Shown one piece after another: positions 1-7,704 of a DNA stretch of 32,321 bases. Positions within the stretch are counted from its first letter, which is position 1. Each line of letters begins with the position of its first letter. The stretch is from the NCBI GenBank assembly GCA_913020725.1, contig CAJWCD010000021.1:1-32321 (forward strand), written 5' to 3'. A model generated the notes under the pieces. The model did no database searches, had not been told where the DNA came from, and saw nothing but the letters and a program-made list of their open reading frames with translations. This DNA is from an uncultured Pseudomonadota bacterium. GTDB lineage: Bacteria > SAR324 > NAC60-12. The position numbers were made by a program, and so were the translations under genes.

Positions 1-72
1 TGAGAAAAGCTTGGCAAAACTAAACTCAATTTTCGCCCCAAGGGGCGGGGTATTAGACCCAAAGCTTCGCAA

Positions 73-621
73 TCAAGTTTCCGGGAACGGCCAGTGCTTG
101 AGGATGAGGTAAACCAGCACCCCCGTGACCGAGACGTAGAGCCAGATTGGGAAAGTCCAGCGGGCCAGTTTTCGGTGCGACTCAAAGCGCTCGGCTCCCG
201 CGAAGAAAACGGTGCTGAAGATCATCGGCAGCATCACCGCAGAGAGAACGATGTGGCTGAAGAGGATGAAGAGGTAAACGCCTCGGATCAAGCCCTCGCC
301 TGGAAAACGAGTATTGCCGTGGAAACTGTGGTACACAATGTAGCCCACGAGAAAAACCGCCGAAAGCGTGAGGGCGGAGAGCATCATCCGGATGTGTAGG
401 GTGCGGTGATCGTTGCGGATCGCCCAGACACCGACGGCGATGCAGCACGCACTCAGGCCGTTGAGGATGGCGTTGAGCAGGGGCATGAAGCTGAAGTCCG
501 GGGTCTCTGTGGTGGTGACGGGTTCCCGGAGGTAGAGCAACCAGAGCAGAAAAACAAACACTCCGACGCTGATCACGCCGATCACGGAAGTGGCCGTGCG
601 GTTGGAAACAGCAAGATTCAT
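73..621 (-). CDS. DUF420 family membrane protein (cytochrome oxidase assembly-associated)
   Basis: Motifs LNAILNGLS, H..MM..A..LS.VFL..Y, HIVLS, H.KLARWTFPIWLYVSVTG. Start moved to ATG at 621 (MNLAVSN), just after the ctaA stop. Confidence 0.85.
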   Translation of the reverse strand: MNLAVSNRTATSVIGVISVGVFVFLLWLLYLREPVTTTETPDFSFMPLLNAILNGLSACCIAVGVWAIRNDHRTLHIRMMLSALTLSAVFLVGYIVYHSFHGNTRFPGEGLIRGVYLFILFSHIVLSAVMLPMIFSTVFFAGAERFESHRKLARWTFPIWLYVSVTGVLVYLILKHWPFPET

Positions 622-623
622 GG

Positions 624-1649
624 TCACGGAGAAAAAGCAGGGTGGTCCGCAGACAGTGGTGGTGTTGTCGCCAGCGGATTTTTTCGGGGATTTCGGAGTT
701 GCAGGAGCAAGAGGCACTCCGCGCAAACCAACACGGCGCTGGTTCCCGTGTGCAGCAACTGCATGGGCCACGGCATCCCGCCATACACCAGCAGCACCCC
801 AAAGAAGATTTGAGCGAGCATGATCGCCAGCGTTCCGAAACACAGCTTCCGGAGCAGCGGCGGCGTTTCCCGCCGGAACACGATCCACGCGAGGTAAACC
901 CCCGCCAGCAGAATCACCCACGAAAAACTGCGGTGAACGTGGTCGAGCCAGCCGATCTCGTCAATCCACTCGGCTCGCGGCAGCGACAGGGTTTCAGCAA
1001 CGTGGGTGAGGGCTTCCCGAACTTGCGAGCCGATCACGACTTGCACCAAGGTGCAGCCAAGCAGCAGCAATCCCACCCACAGCAGTCGGCCCCGCAAGGC
1101 TTCCGGAAGCTCGGTGGACCAGCGTTCTTCGGTGGCCCGGAAGGTGACGTAGAGTAACAGGCACACCAGCACGACGGCGGCGAACATGTGGAGCGTCACC
1201 ATCCCCGGCTTGAGTCCGGAACGCACCACCATGCCGCCGAGCCAGCCTTCAAAGACGACCAGCGCAACGGAACCGAGCGAACCGTAGAAGACGACTGGGC
1301 AGGTTTTCCGATAGCCCCAAGAGAGTGCAGCCGTCGTCAGCACGAACAGCCCAATCGTCACGCCGATGAGCCGATTGACGTACTCGGTCCACATCTTCAC
1401 CGGATTGAACAGTGTGAGATCGTAGCGGGTGGCGTCGATTTGACTGACCTCGGAAGGTGGCCACCAGTGTCCCCAGCAACGCGGCCAGTCTGGGCACCCC
1501 AACCCCGCTCCGGAAGCCCGCACCAACCCGCCCACAAAAATCAGGAAGATTGTCGCCAGCACCGTGGCCAGTGCTGCCTGTTGCATCGGATTGAGCTTTT
1601 GGGAGGCGAGTGGAGACGGTTCGGAAGAGCTTTGGCGCGAGAAATCCAT
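624..1649 (-). CDS. ctaA: Heme A synthase (COX15/CtaA family)
   Basis: GGLVRASGAGLGCPDWPRC, EYVNRLIG, EGWLGG, H..HR and LLH motifs; polytopic membrane protein. Confidence 0.88.
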   Translation of the reverse strand: MDFSRQSSSEPSPLASQKLNPMQQAALATVLATIFLIFVGGLVRASGAGLGCPDWPRCWGHWWPPSEVSQIDATRYDLTLFNPVKMWTEYVNRLIGVTIGLFVLTTAALSWGYRKTCPVVFYGSLGSVALVVFEGWLGGMVVRSGLKPGMVTLHMFAAVVLVCLLLYVTFRATEERWSTELPEALRGRLLWVGLLLLGCTLVQVVIGSQVREALTHVAETLSLPRAEWIDEIGWLDHVHRSFSWVILLAGVYLAWIVFRRETPPLLRKLCFGTLAIMLAQIFFGVLLVYGGMPWPMQLLHTGTSAVLVCAECLLLLQLRNPRKNPLATTPPLSADHPAFSP

Positions 1650-1774
1650 CCAGAGATGATGGCAAATCTGTGCGGAATCTCAAGCTGAGTGTGAGTTGGA
1701 TCGAATCAGGTTGTCCTTTTTCTCAAGATAGAATACAACCTGCTCGAAAGGTTGCGGATTTCACACAAGAGGGC

Positions 1775-1996
1775 ATGTCTGAGGAAAACGAGCAAACCAT
1801 CTTGGTCCGGATGCACGGACTCTTGGGAGAATCCGAGGGGGCGCTGCTGGAACTGGAGGTGGAAAATCTGGAAGAGGGCAGTGAGTTCGAACACGACAGC
1901 GTGGCCTACCAAGTGACCCGGACGATTCTGGAGGACGTTGAACACCCGATCGTCTATGTCATGGTGCTGGACATCTACATGCAGGAGTTTGATTGA
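1775..1996 (+). CDS. Small acidic hypothetical protein (73 aa)
   Basis: ATG at 1775 after AAGAGGG; host-like codon usage; stop abuts the deacetylase gene. Confidence 0.6.
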   Translation: MSEENEQTILVRMHGLLGESEGALLELEVENLEEGSEFEHDSVAYQVTRTILEDVEHPIVYVMVLDIYMQEFD

Positions 1997-2952
1997 TAAC
2001 CATGAGTACCGGATTCTACACCAACCCGATTTACCTCACCCACGACACCGGGGCGCATCCGGAAAACGCCTCCCGGTTGCGGGCTATCGAGCAGCATTTG
2101 GAAGCCGAGGGCGTTTTGAGCCGCCTGCAAACACGCTCCGGGCGTCCAGCCGAAGCCCACGAGGTGAACCTGCTGCACACGCGAAAACACATTGACCGCT
2201 TAGAAGATGCCGCTTCCGGAGGCGCAACGATGCTGGACACGCCGGACTGCGTGGTGTCGCCCGGAACTTACGAGGCCGCGCTCCACGCCGTGGGCGCGGT
2301 GCTGGATGCGGTCGTGGAGGTTTCCGACCGTCAGCTGGACAACGCCTTCTGCGCGGTCCGCCCGCCCGGACACCACGCGGAACGGGACCACGCGATGGGT
2401 TTTTGCTTTTTCAACAACATCGCTCTTGCCGCCGAATTCCTTGCCCGTGAACTCGGCTATTCGCGTATCGCCATCGTCGATTTTGACGTGCATCACGGCA
2501 ACGGCACCCAGCATCTTTTTGAGGAGCGTCCGGACGTTCTCTTCATCAGCACCCACCAAGACCCTCGCACCTGCTACCCCGGAACCGGATTCGCGAAGGA
2601 ACAGGGAACCGGGCAAGGGACAGGTTACACGGTGAACGTGCCGCTGCCTGCGGGAACCGAAGACGAGGAGTATCTGCACCATTTCCGGACGATGGTGCTG
2701 CCCGTGCTGGAAGATTACCAACCACAGTTCGTGCTGGTTTCCGCCGGGTTTGACGCACACCGTGACGATCCCCTCGCCTCCCTCAACCTCACCGAACGCA
2801 GTTATCGAGAGCTATCCCACGCTCTGGTGCAGGTTGCCGAGCAATATGCTGGAGGACGGCTGGTCAGCCTGTTGGAGGGAGGCTACGATCTCAGGGCGCT
2901 CTCCACAAGTGTGCGGGAGCATGTGTCGGTGCTGATGGGCGAAGAAGCCTAA
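1993..2952 (+). CDS. Zn-dependent histone deacetylase-family protein (AcuC/AphA-like)
   Basis: HPE..RL, RPPGHHA, GFCFFNN, DFDVHHGNGTQ, SAGFDAH.DDPL and LEGGY motifs. Start could also be ATG 2002. Confidence 0.93.
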   Translation: MITMSTGFYTNPIYLTHDTGAHPENASRLRAIEQHLEAEGVLSRLQTRSGRPAEAHEVNLLHTRKHIDRLEDAASGGATMLDTPDCVVSPGTYEAALHAVGAVLDAVVEVSDRQLDNAFCAVRPPGHHAERDHAMGFCFFNNIALAAEFLARELGYSRIAIVDFDVHHGNGTQHLFEERPDVLFISTHQDPRTCYPGTGFAKEQGTGQGTGYTVNVPLPAGTEDEEYLHHFRTMVLPVLEDYQPQFVLVSAGFDAHRDDPLASLNLTERSYRELSHALVQVAEQYAGGRLVSLLEGGYDLRALSTSVREHVSVLMGEEA

Positions 2953-3896
2953 GCCCGCAACACCGCAGGCAGGGCGAAGGTGACGTCCTCCTGCACCAGT
3001 TCAAGGGTCCGGACAGCACTCGACTCCACAAGGCTCTGGAGTTTGGAAACGATGCCCTGCACGATGTCTTCCGGCGCAGACGCTCCGGCGGTGATGCCAA
3101 CGCGACGCAAGTTCTTGAGCCATTCCGGACGCACCTGCTCGGCGGATTCGATGCGCTCCGCAGCAACACCAGCCGCTTGTGCAACCTCCACTAGCCGCAA
3201 CGTGTTCGAACTGTTTGCGGCTCCCACGATCAGCACCAAGTCCACCTCCTGTGCCAACGCCTTGACCGCATTCTGACGGTTTTGAGTTGCGTAACAGATG
3301 TCGTCCTTGGCTGGGCCTTCGATCTGTGGGAAGCGTTTCCGGAGTGCCGCGACAATTTCTGCTGTGTCGTCCAGCGAGAGCGTGGTCTGCGTGAGGTAGG
3401 AAACTTTCGTTTCATCGGTCACTTCCAAACCCTCCACCTCGGCCACCGAACTCACCACAATCGTCTGCTCCGGAGCTTCGCCAACCGTGCCCTCGACCTC
3501 AACATGGTCGCGGTGCCCGACCAGTACGATGGTGTAGTCCTTGCGGGCATAACGCTGGGCTTCGCCATGAACTTTCGTCACCAGCGGACAAGTCGCGTCC
3601 AGCACTTGCAACTTCCGGGAAGTCGCTTTTTCCCGCACCGCCGGGGACACCCCATGCGCCGAGTAGATGGCATGTGCCCCTTCCGGAACTTCTTCGATGT
3701 CCTCAACGAAGATGACTCCACGCTCACGAAGCCGATTGACGACATGCGGGTTGTGGACAATCTCGTGACGGACGTAGATGGGCGGGCCGTACTGCTCCAC
3801 GGCCTTTTCGACAATCGTGATGGCGCGGTCCACCCCAGCACAGAAACCGCGTGGGCTGGCCAAAACGAGTTCCAAGTGTTCGGGAGCTGAGTTCAT
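2949..3896 (-). CDS. ispH: 4-hydroxy-3-methylbut-2-enyl diphosphate reductase
   Basis: PRGFCAGVDRA, IVHN, SAHG, DATCPLVTKVH, QTT, ICYATQNRQ, NSSN and TAGASAPE motifs; start ATG 3896. Confidence 0.97.
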   Translation of the reverse strand: MNSAPEHLELVLASPRGFCAGVDRAITIVEKAVEQYGPPIYVRHEIVHNPHVVNRLRERGVIFVEDIEEVPEGAHAIYSAHGVSPAVREKATSRKLQVLDATCPLVTKVHGEAQRYARKDYTIVLVGHRDHVEVEGTVGEAPEQTIVVSSVAEVEGLEVTDETKVSYLTQTTLSLDDTAEIVAALRKRFPQIEGPAKDDICYATQNRQNAVKALAQEVDLVLIVGAANSSNTLRLVEVAQAAGVAAERIESAEQVRPEWLKNLRRVGITAGASAPEDIVQGIVSKLQSLVESSAVRTLELVQEDVTFALPAVLRA

Positions 3897-3962
3897 TGAT
3901 CCGGGCGGAAAGTTGCAGTTTGTTGGAAACAGTTTAGACACCGTTGAAATCAATGTCAAATT

Positions 3963-4105
3963 GTAACTAATCAGGTATCTGAACTCTTTAATATCAGTAA
4001 CTTAGCTTTTTGATTTCGTTGATTTTGAACGAAAAACCGCTATTTTGAAGATTGTTGTCAAAAAAAATCCTGTAATATCAGTGTTAATGTGACCTGAGTA
4101 GTTAC
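3963..4105. mobile_element. MITE (143 bp, non-autonomous)
   Basis: Terminal inverted repeats GTAACTAATCAGGT / ACCTGAGTAGTTAC (13/14 match), flanked by an exact 8-bp direct repeat GTCAAATT (3955-3962 and 4106-4113); AT-rich with no ORF. Confidence 0.85.
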
Positions 4106-4183
4106 GTCAAATTAATGAAACCCACTCTCTTGAGATCCGCTTTCATCGGCATCCCAAAAAGAGCAGAGCGCACTTGTTTCAAC

Positions 4184-4803
4184 TCATAAATCGTCCAGAG
4201 GACTCAGCACTCCTTCGCCTCCCTGTTTCAAAATATGAGTATAAATCATGGTAGTTTCCAAGTCCTTATTGTCCGGAAACGGAGTAACGCGGTCTTTCAG
4301 CCCCTTGCCGTCGCGTACTGTTACTTGTTTGAAACCAAAGTCAATATTTTGTACCCGCAGTTTCACGGCCTCAGTAATGCGCAAACCGCAGCCATACAAT
4401 AATTTAACCACTAATTCCGGAACGCCATCCAAAAGCGACAAAACTTGTTTCACCTCTTCACGGGTTAAGACTACCGGGATTCGTGCTTCTTTACGTGAAC
4501 GTGCTGCTTTTAAAGTTTCAAACGGAGATTTAAGCACTCGTTTATAGAGAAATACCAAGGCATTAAAGGCTTGATTTTGTGTTGAAACCGCAACATTCCT
4601 TTCGATTGCCAAATAGTTGAGGAAATCCTCAACTTTTTTTCCTGTTCCACAAAGAGAGCCTCTCGCGTCTGCATTTGATGAAACTTCACAAATTTCCGAA
4701 TCCAATCGCAATAGGTGCGTTCTGTACTGAGAGAATAGTGTTCACGGTGCATCAAATCACTGATTTCCTCAAGTAATGTTCTTTTCGATTTTTGTATTGA
4801 CAT
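4184..4803 (-). pseudogene. intI: Integron integrase pseudogene (frameshift plus internal deletion)
   Basis: N-terminal HYSLSTERTYCDWIRKFVKFH, then in another frame FLNYLAIERNVAVSTQNQAFNALVFLY, IPVVLTREEV, LLYGCGLRITE..LRV, KGLKDR joined directly to KDLETTMIYTH...SPLD. HxxR box absent. Confidence 0.92.
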
Positions 4804-4921
4804 ACAGATTGTGGGATTATATCCTGCGCAGGAGTCGGAATTAATCGGCAAATATATTTGATGATCTGTTCAAGATCAACTAATCAAGATGATTTGCCAG
4901 AATATTCCATTTATAGTGTAT

Positions 4922-5050
4922 TTTACCTGATTCACCGGATAATACAAGGGTAATCAGGCATTATGCCCGAATTTCCGGATATTTCCAGATTATCAGGTAT
5001 CTTACCCGATTTACCGGATAATATCGTGGTTATCGGGCATATTGCCTGAT
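4922..5050. repeat. Three ~40-bp degenerate tandem units plus a partial fourth in the attI region
   Basis: Units 4922-4961, 4962-5000, 5001-5040 and 5041-5050 (partial). Units 1 and 3 are 31/40 identical; unit ends are inverted (TRCCYGAW...ATCRGGYA). Confidence 0.8.
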
Positions 5051-5067
5051 AATAATAAGTTAGCTTC
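5041..5067 (+). other. attI: Putative attI recombination point (G/TT at 5059-5061)
   Basis: GTTAGCTTC (5059-5067) is the exact reverse complement of GAAGCTAAC (5633-5641) at the start of attC1, as expected for an integrated cassette. Confidence 0.75.
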
Positions 5068-5121
5068 TCAAAATACATCCTAAGACTAAATACCCGATTT
5101 CTTCTTGAGATTATATTGAAA

Positions 5122-5622
5122 ATGTCATCAAATTATCTTAATCATGAACTAGTAAAATCGGACGAGCCATTTCTCTATGAGATGTTATATCAAGCTTTAT
5201 ATGTCCCAGAAGGGGGGATCCCATATGAACGAAATATCATCGAGAACCCCGAATTGGCAAAATATGTGAAGGATTGGGGGAAAGAGCATGATTTTGGGTT
5301 AATCAGTGTGAAAGAGGAAAATGACCAGAAGATAGGAGCCATTTGGATCCGTTTACTCATAGGCCAAGAAAAAGGTTATGGATACATCAACAATACAACT
5401 CCTGAGTTAACCTTTGCATTGCTACCGGAATATCGAAATCAAGGTTTAGGAACACAGTTGCTCCAACAATTTCTAGATCAACTGGTTCAGAAAGGGTATG
5501 TTTCAATCTCATTAAGTGTGGATCCAGAGAGCCACGCTTGTCGATTATACCGTCGGTTTGGATTTGAAGATACAGGTATTATTAGTGGTACTTCTATGAC
5601 AATGTTAAAAACATTCAAATGA
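5122..5622 (+). CDS. GNAT N-acetyltransferase (integron cassette 1)
   Basis: IGAIWIRL...GYGY...PEL, acetyl-CoA motif YRNQGLGTQLL, SLSVD...A.RLYRRFGF; followed by attC. Confidence 0.9.
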   Translation: MSSNYLNHELVKSDEPFLYEMLYQALYVPEGGIPYERNIIENPELAKYVKDWGKEHDFGLISVKEENDQKIGAIWIRLLIGQEKGYGYINNTTPELTFALLPEYRNQGLGTQLLQQFLDQLVQKGYVSISLSVDPESHACRLYRRFGFEDTGIISGTSMTMLKTFK

Positions 5623-5634
5623 GTCAATTGGCGA

Positions 5635-5757
5635 AGCTAACAATGCAATGAACCGGGGCCTTAACACAGCGATTTTTTCTTCGAATTAAAAACATAAAAT
5701 CACAAAAATCATCTTTCAAATTTAACGTAGTACGGCCCGGTTATTTCGGCGTTAGGC
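5635..5757 (+). other. attC: attC site 1 (123 bp)
   Basis: R'' AGCTAAC, AACCGGGGCC...GGCCCGGTT inverted arms, R' GTTAGGC. Confidence 0.85.
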
Positions 5758-5785
5758 ACAAAATATTTAAGGAACAAATACAAAA

Positions 5786-6787
5786 ATGGATAATACACAA
5801 AAAATAAAATGGGGTATCATAGGAGCTGGAATCATAGCTAAGCAAATGGCTAATGCCCTCAAGATAACTCCAAACTGTCAATTATGTGCAGTGGCATCCA
5901 AAACACCATCTAAAGCAAGAATGTTTGCAGATGAAAATGGTGTTGAGAATGCTTATAACTATCAAGAGATAGTAAACAGCAAGGAAATTGATGTAATTTA
6001 TGTGGCCACCACTCATAATTTTCATTTCGACAATGCTAAACTGGCTTTGGAACATGGCAAGCATGTGTTGATAGAAAAGTCATTTACAGTCAATGCAAAT
6101 GAAGCCCGGGAACTTGTTCGCATCGCCCTGGAAAAGAATCTTTTTTTGATGGAAGCCATGTGGGTGAGATTCTTACCAAGCCTGAAGATGTTAAAGAGCA
6201 AGATTCAGAGCAATGAAATAGGCGAGGTAAAGGTGTTTAATATTTCCTTTGGTGGGTTTGTTGGAACCCAATATGAAAAGAGGCTTAAAAATCCAGCATT
6301 GGCAGGAGGAGTTACTTTGGATATGGGGATTTACCCTATTTCCTTTGTTTGCTATTTACTTGGAGAACTTCCAATAGATATTAAATCTATGACGCGTTTC
6401 AGTGATCTTGGTGTGGATGAAATATCTAATTACATGTTTCGATTTCCATCTGGGTGTTTAGCTAATATATCTACAAGTTATAATCTGAAGATGAGAAATG
6501 AGGCAATTATTTATGGCGCGGAGGGGTATATAGAATTCCCTCAATTTCAGGCAGGCCAACGATTTACTATCTTAAAACATGAGGGAACAAATGAAATAAA
6601 GGATACGATAGAGGTTCTTGAGAATAATCATAGCAATGGATTTATTTATCAGGTGGAAGAAGTAAATCGTTGTGTTCGGGAAGGCAAACTGGAAAGTGAG
6701 ATTATGCCTTTGAATGAAACAATAGGCATAATGGCAGTTATGGATAAGATGCGAGACGAATGGGGTTTCATTTATCCATTTGAATGA
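5786..6787 (+). CDS. Gfo/Idh/MocA family NAD(P)-dependent oxidoreductase (cassette 2)
   Basis: WGIIGAGIIA Rossmann motif, DVIYVAT, GKHVLIEKS, MEAMW.RF and GG.TLDMGIY; RBS AAGGA; AT-rich. Confidence 0.93.
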   Translation: MDNTQKIKWGIIGAGIIAKQMANALKITPNCQLCAVASKTPSKARMFADENGVENAYNYQEIVNSKEIDVIYVATTHNFHFDNAKLALEHGKHVLIEKSFTVNANEARELVRIALEKNLFLMEAMWVRFLPSLKMLKSKIQSNEIGEVKVFNISFGGFVGTQYEKRLKNPALAGGVTLDMGIYPISFVCYLLGELPIDIKSMTRFSDLGVDEISNYMFRFPSGCLANISTSYNLKMRNEAIIYGAEGYIEFPQFQAGQRFTILKHEGTNEIKDTIEVLENNHSNGFIYQVEEVNRCVREGKLESEIMPLNETIGIMAVMDKMRDEWGFIYPFE

Positions 6788-6867
6788 TTTTACTTATAGT
6801 TAGTTCAGGCATTCATTACAGACATTTTGAAGCTTTGGCTGGATCAGATAGAATTGAGCAAAGCAAG

Positions 6868-6924
6868 GCCTAACAATCAAATGCACCAGACGCTTAACAT
6901 CGCTGGTGATTTGGGCCGTTAAAT
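6868..6924 (+). other. attC: attC site 2 (57 bp)
   Basis: R'' GCCTAAC (complement of the cassette's own 5' GTTAGGC), CAAATGCACCAG/CTGGTGATTTG arms with a bulged base, R' GTTAAAT. Confidence 0.9.
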
Positions 6925-6997
6925 TTAATGTAAATACTCCGACTGGTAAGTTTGACTTCAGTAATTTTTTTCTTTAACAGGAGACATTATGTCTGTA
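6919..6997 (+). pseudogene. 5' stub of a third gene cassette
   Basis: Starts at the attC2 crossover; RBS AGGAGA and ATG 6989; interrupted after 3 codons by a MITE; no further attC seen. Confidence 0.55.
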
Positions 6998-7177
6998 AGA
7001 AGCTGTATGGATAAAATGATTGTGACTCGAACCCACAAAACCCGTGGTAGCACGGAATCCTGCGTCCGGTGGGCGCGGGTATGCCACCCCGTGCTACCCC
7101 CTACGCAGGGCGTATTTTATTCAGGATGCGACTCCAATACACTGAGATCAAATATATTTTTTAACCAGACAGCTTCT
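6998..7177. mobile_element. MITE (180 bp) with TA target duplication
   Basis: Ends AGAAGCTGTATGGATAAAA / TTTTAACCAGACAGCTTCT (17/19 inverted match), with TA on both sides (6996-6997 and 7178-7179). Confidence 0.7.
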
Positions 7178-7230
7178 TATAGTGAAGCCTATTCCGGATC
7201 AATGTTCACGCACACCACATCGGCCAACTC

Positions 7231-7704
7231 ATGAACTGGCAGCAAGTCTGTGAACACCCCAGCCTTCAGGATCTGCCCTTCAAGATCGAGCTGGATTCCT
7301 TTGGGAAAATCATCATGAGTCCCACACGAGTCTTTCAGGGCATCTACCAAGCCCGCATTGGGCATCTGCTCACCTTGTTGCTTGGAGGTACGGTCATTAC
7401 TGAATGCGCGATTCAGACTGCGTTTGGAACGAAAGTGGCGGATGTGGCTTGGGCTTCGGCAGAGCGGGCCGCAGAAATCGGGGATGTGTTCGACTGCCCA
7501 GTCGCCCCGGAAATCTGTGTGGAAATCCTCTCGCCCGGAAACACCCACGAGGAAATGATGGCAAAAAAGCGGGCCTACTTTGCAGCAGGAGCGCAAGAGT
7601 TTTGGCTGTGCGATGAGGAGGGCGAAATGAGCTTCTACCTGCCGTCCCGGAAAGTGCGGAAATCCCGGCTCGTCCCAGAGTTTCCGGAAAGGATCGAGCC
7701 ATGA
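7231..7704 (+). CDS. Uma2 (DUF820) family PD-(D/E)xK endonuclease-like protein
   Basis: GKIIMSP, KVADVAW, APEICVEILSPGN and K..YF.AGAQEFWL motifs. Confidence 0.9.
   Translation: MNWQQVCEHPSLQDLPFKIELDSFGKIIMSPTRVFQGIYQARIGHLLTLLLGGTVITECAIQTAFGTKVADVAWASAERAAEIGDVFDCPVAPEICVEILSPGNTHEEMMAKKRAYFAAGAQEFWLCDEEGEMSFYLPSRKVRKSRLVPEFPERIEP

Noticed and set aside
622..921. N-terminal extensions in the ORF track (DUF420; likewise ispH, rnc, lnt, parB)
   Set aside because: They overlap neighbouring genes or intergenic elements and lack family similarity; downstream starts used.
3970..5002. ATCAGGTATCT shared by the MITE end (3970-3980) and an attI unit (4992-5002)
   Set aside because: Only 11 bp with no extension; not enough to claim a relationship.
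4922..5050. CRISPR array
   Set aside because: Units are degenerate and contiguous, with no unique spacers and no cas genes; position fits attI.
3963..7177. Composite transposon made of the two MITEs
   Set aside because: The MITEs have unrelated ends and each has its own local duplication; no shared duplication flanks the whole island.
3894..7204. 11-bp inverted match CATTGATCCGG (3894-3904) / CCGGATCAATG (7194-7204) around the island
   Set aside because: Short, overlaps the ispH start codon, does not extend and has no target duplication; probably chance.
6989..7234. 81-aa ORF as a real cassette gene
   Set aside because: Only the first three codons precede the MITE; the rest is read-through of MITE and intergenic DNA.
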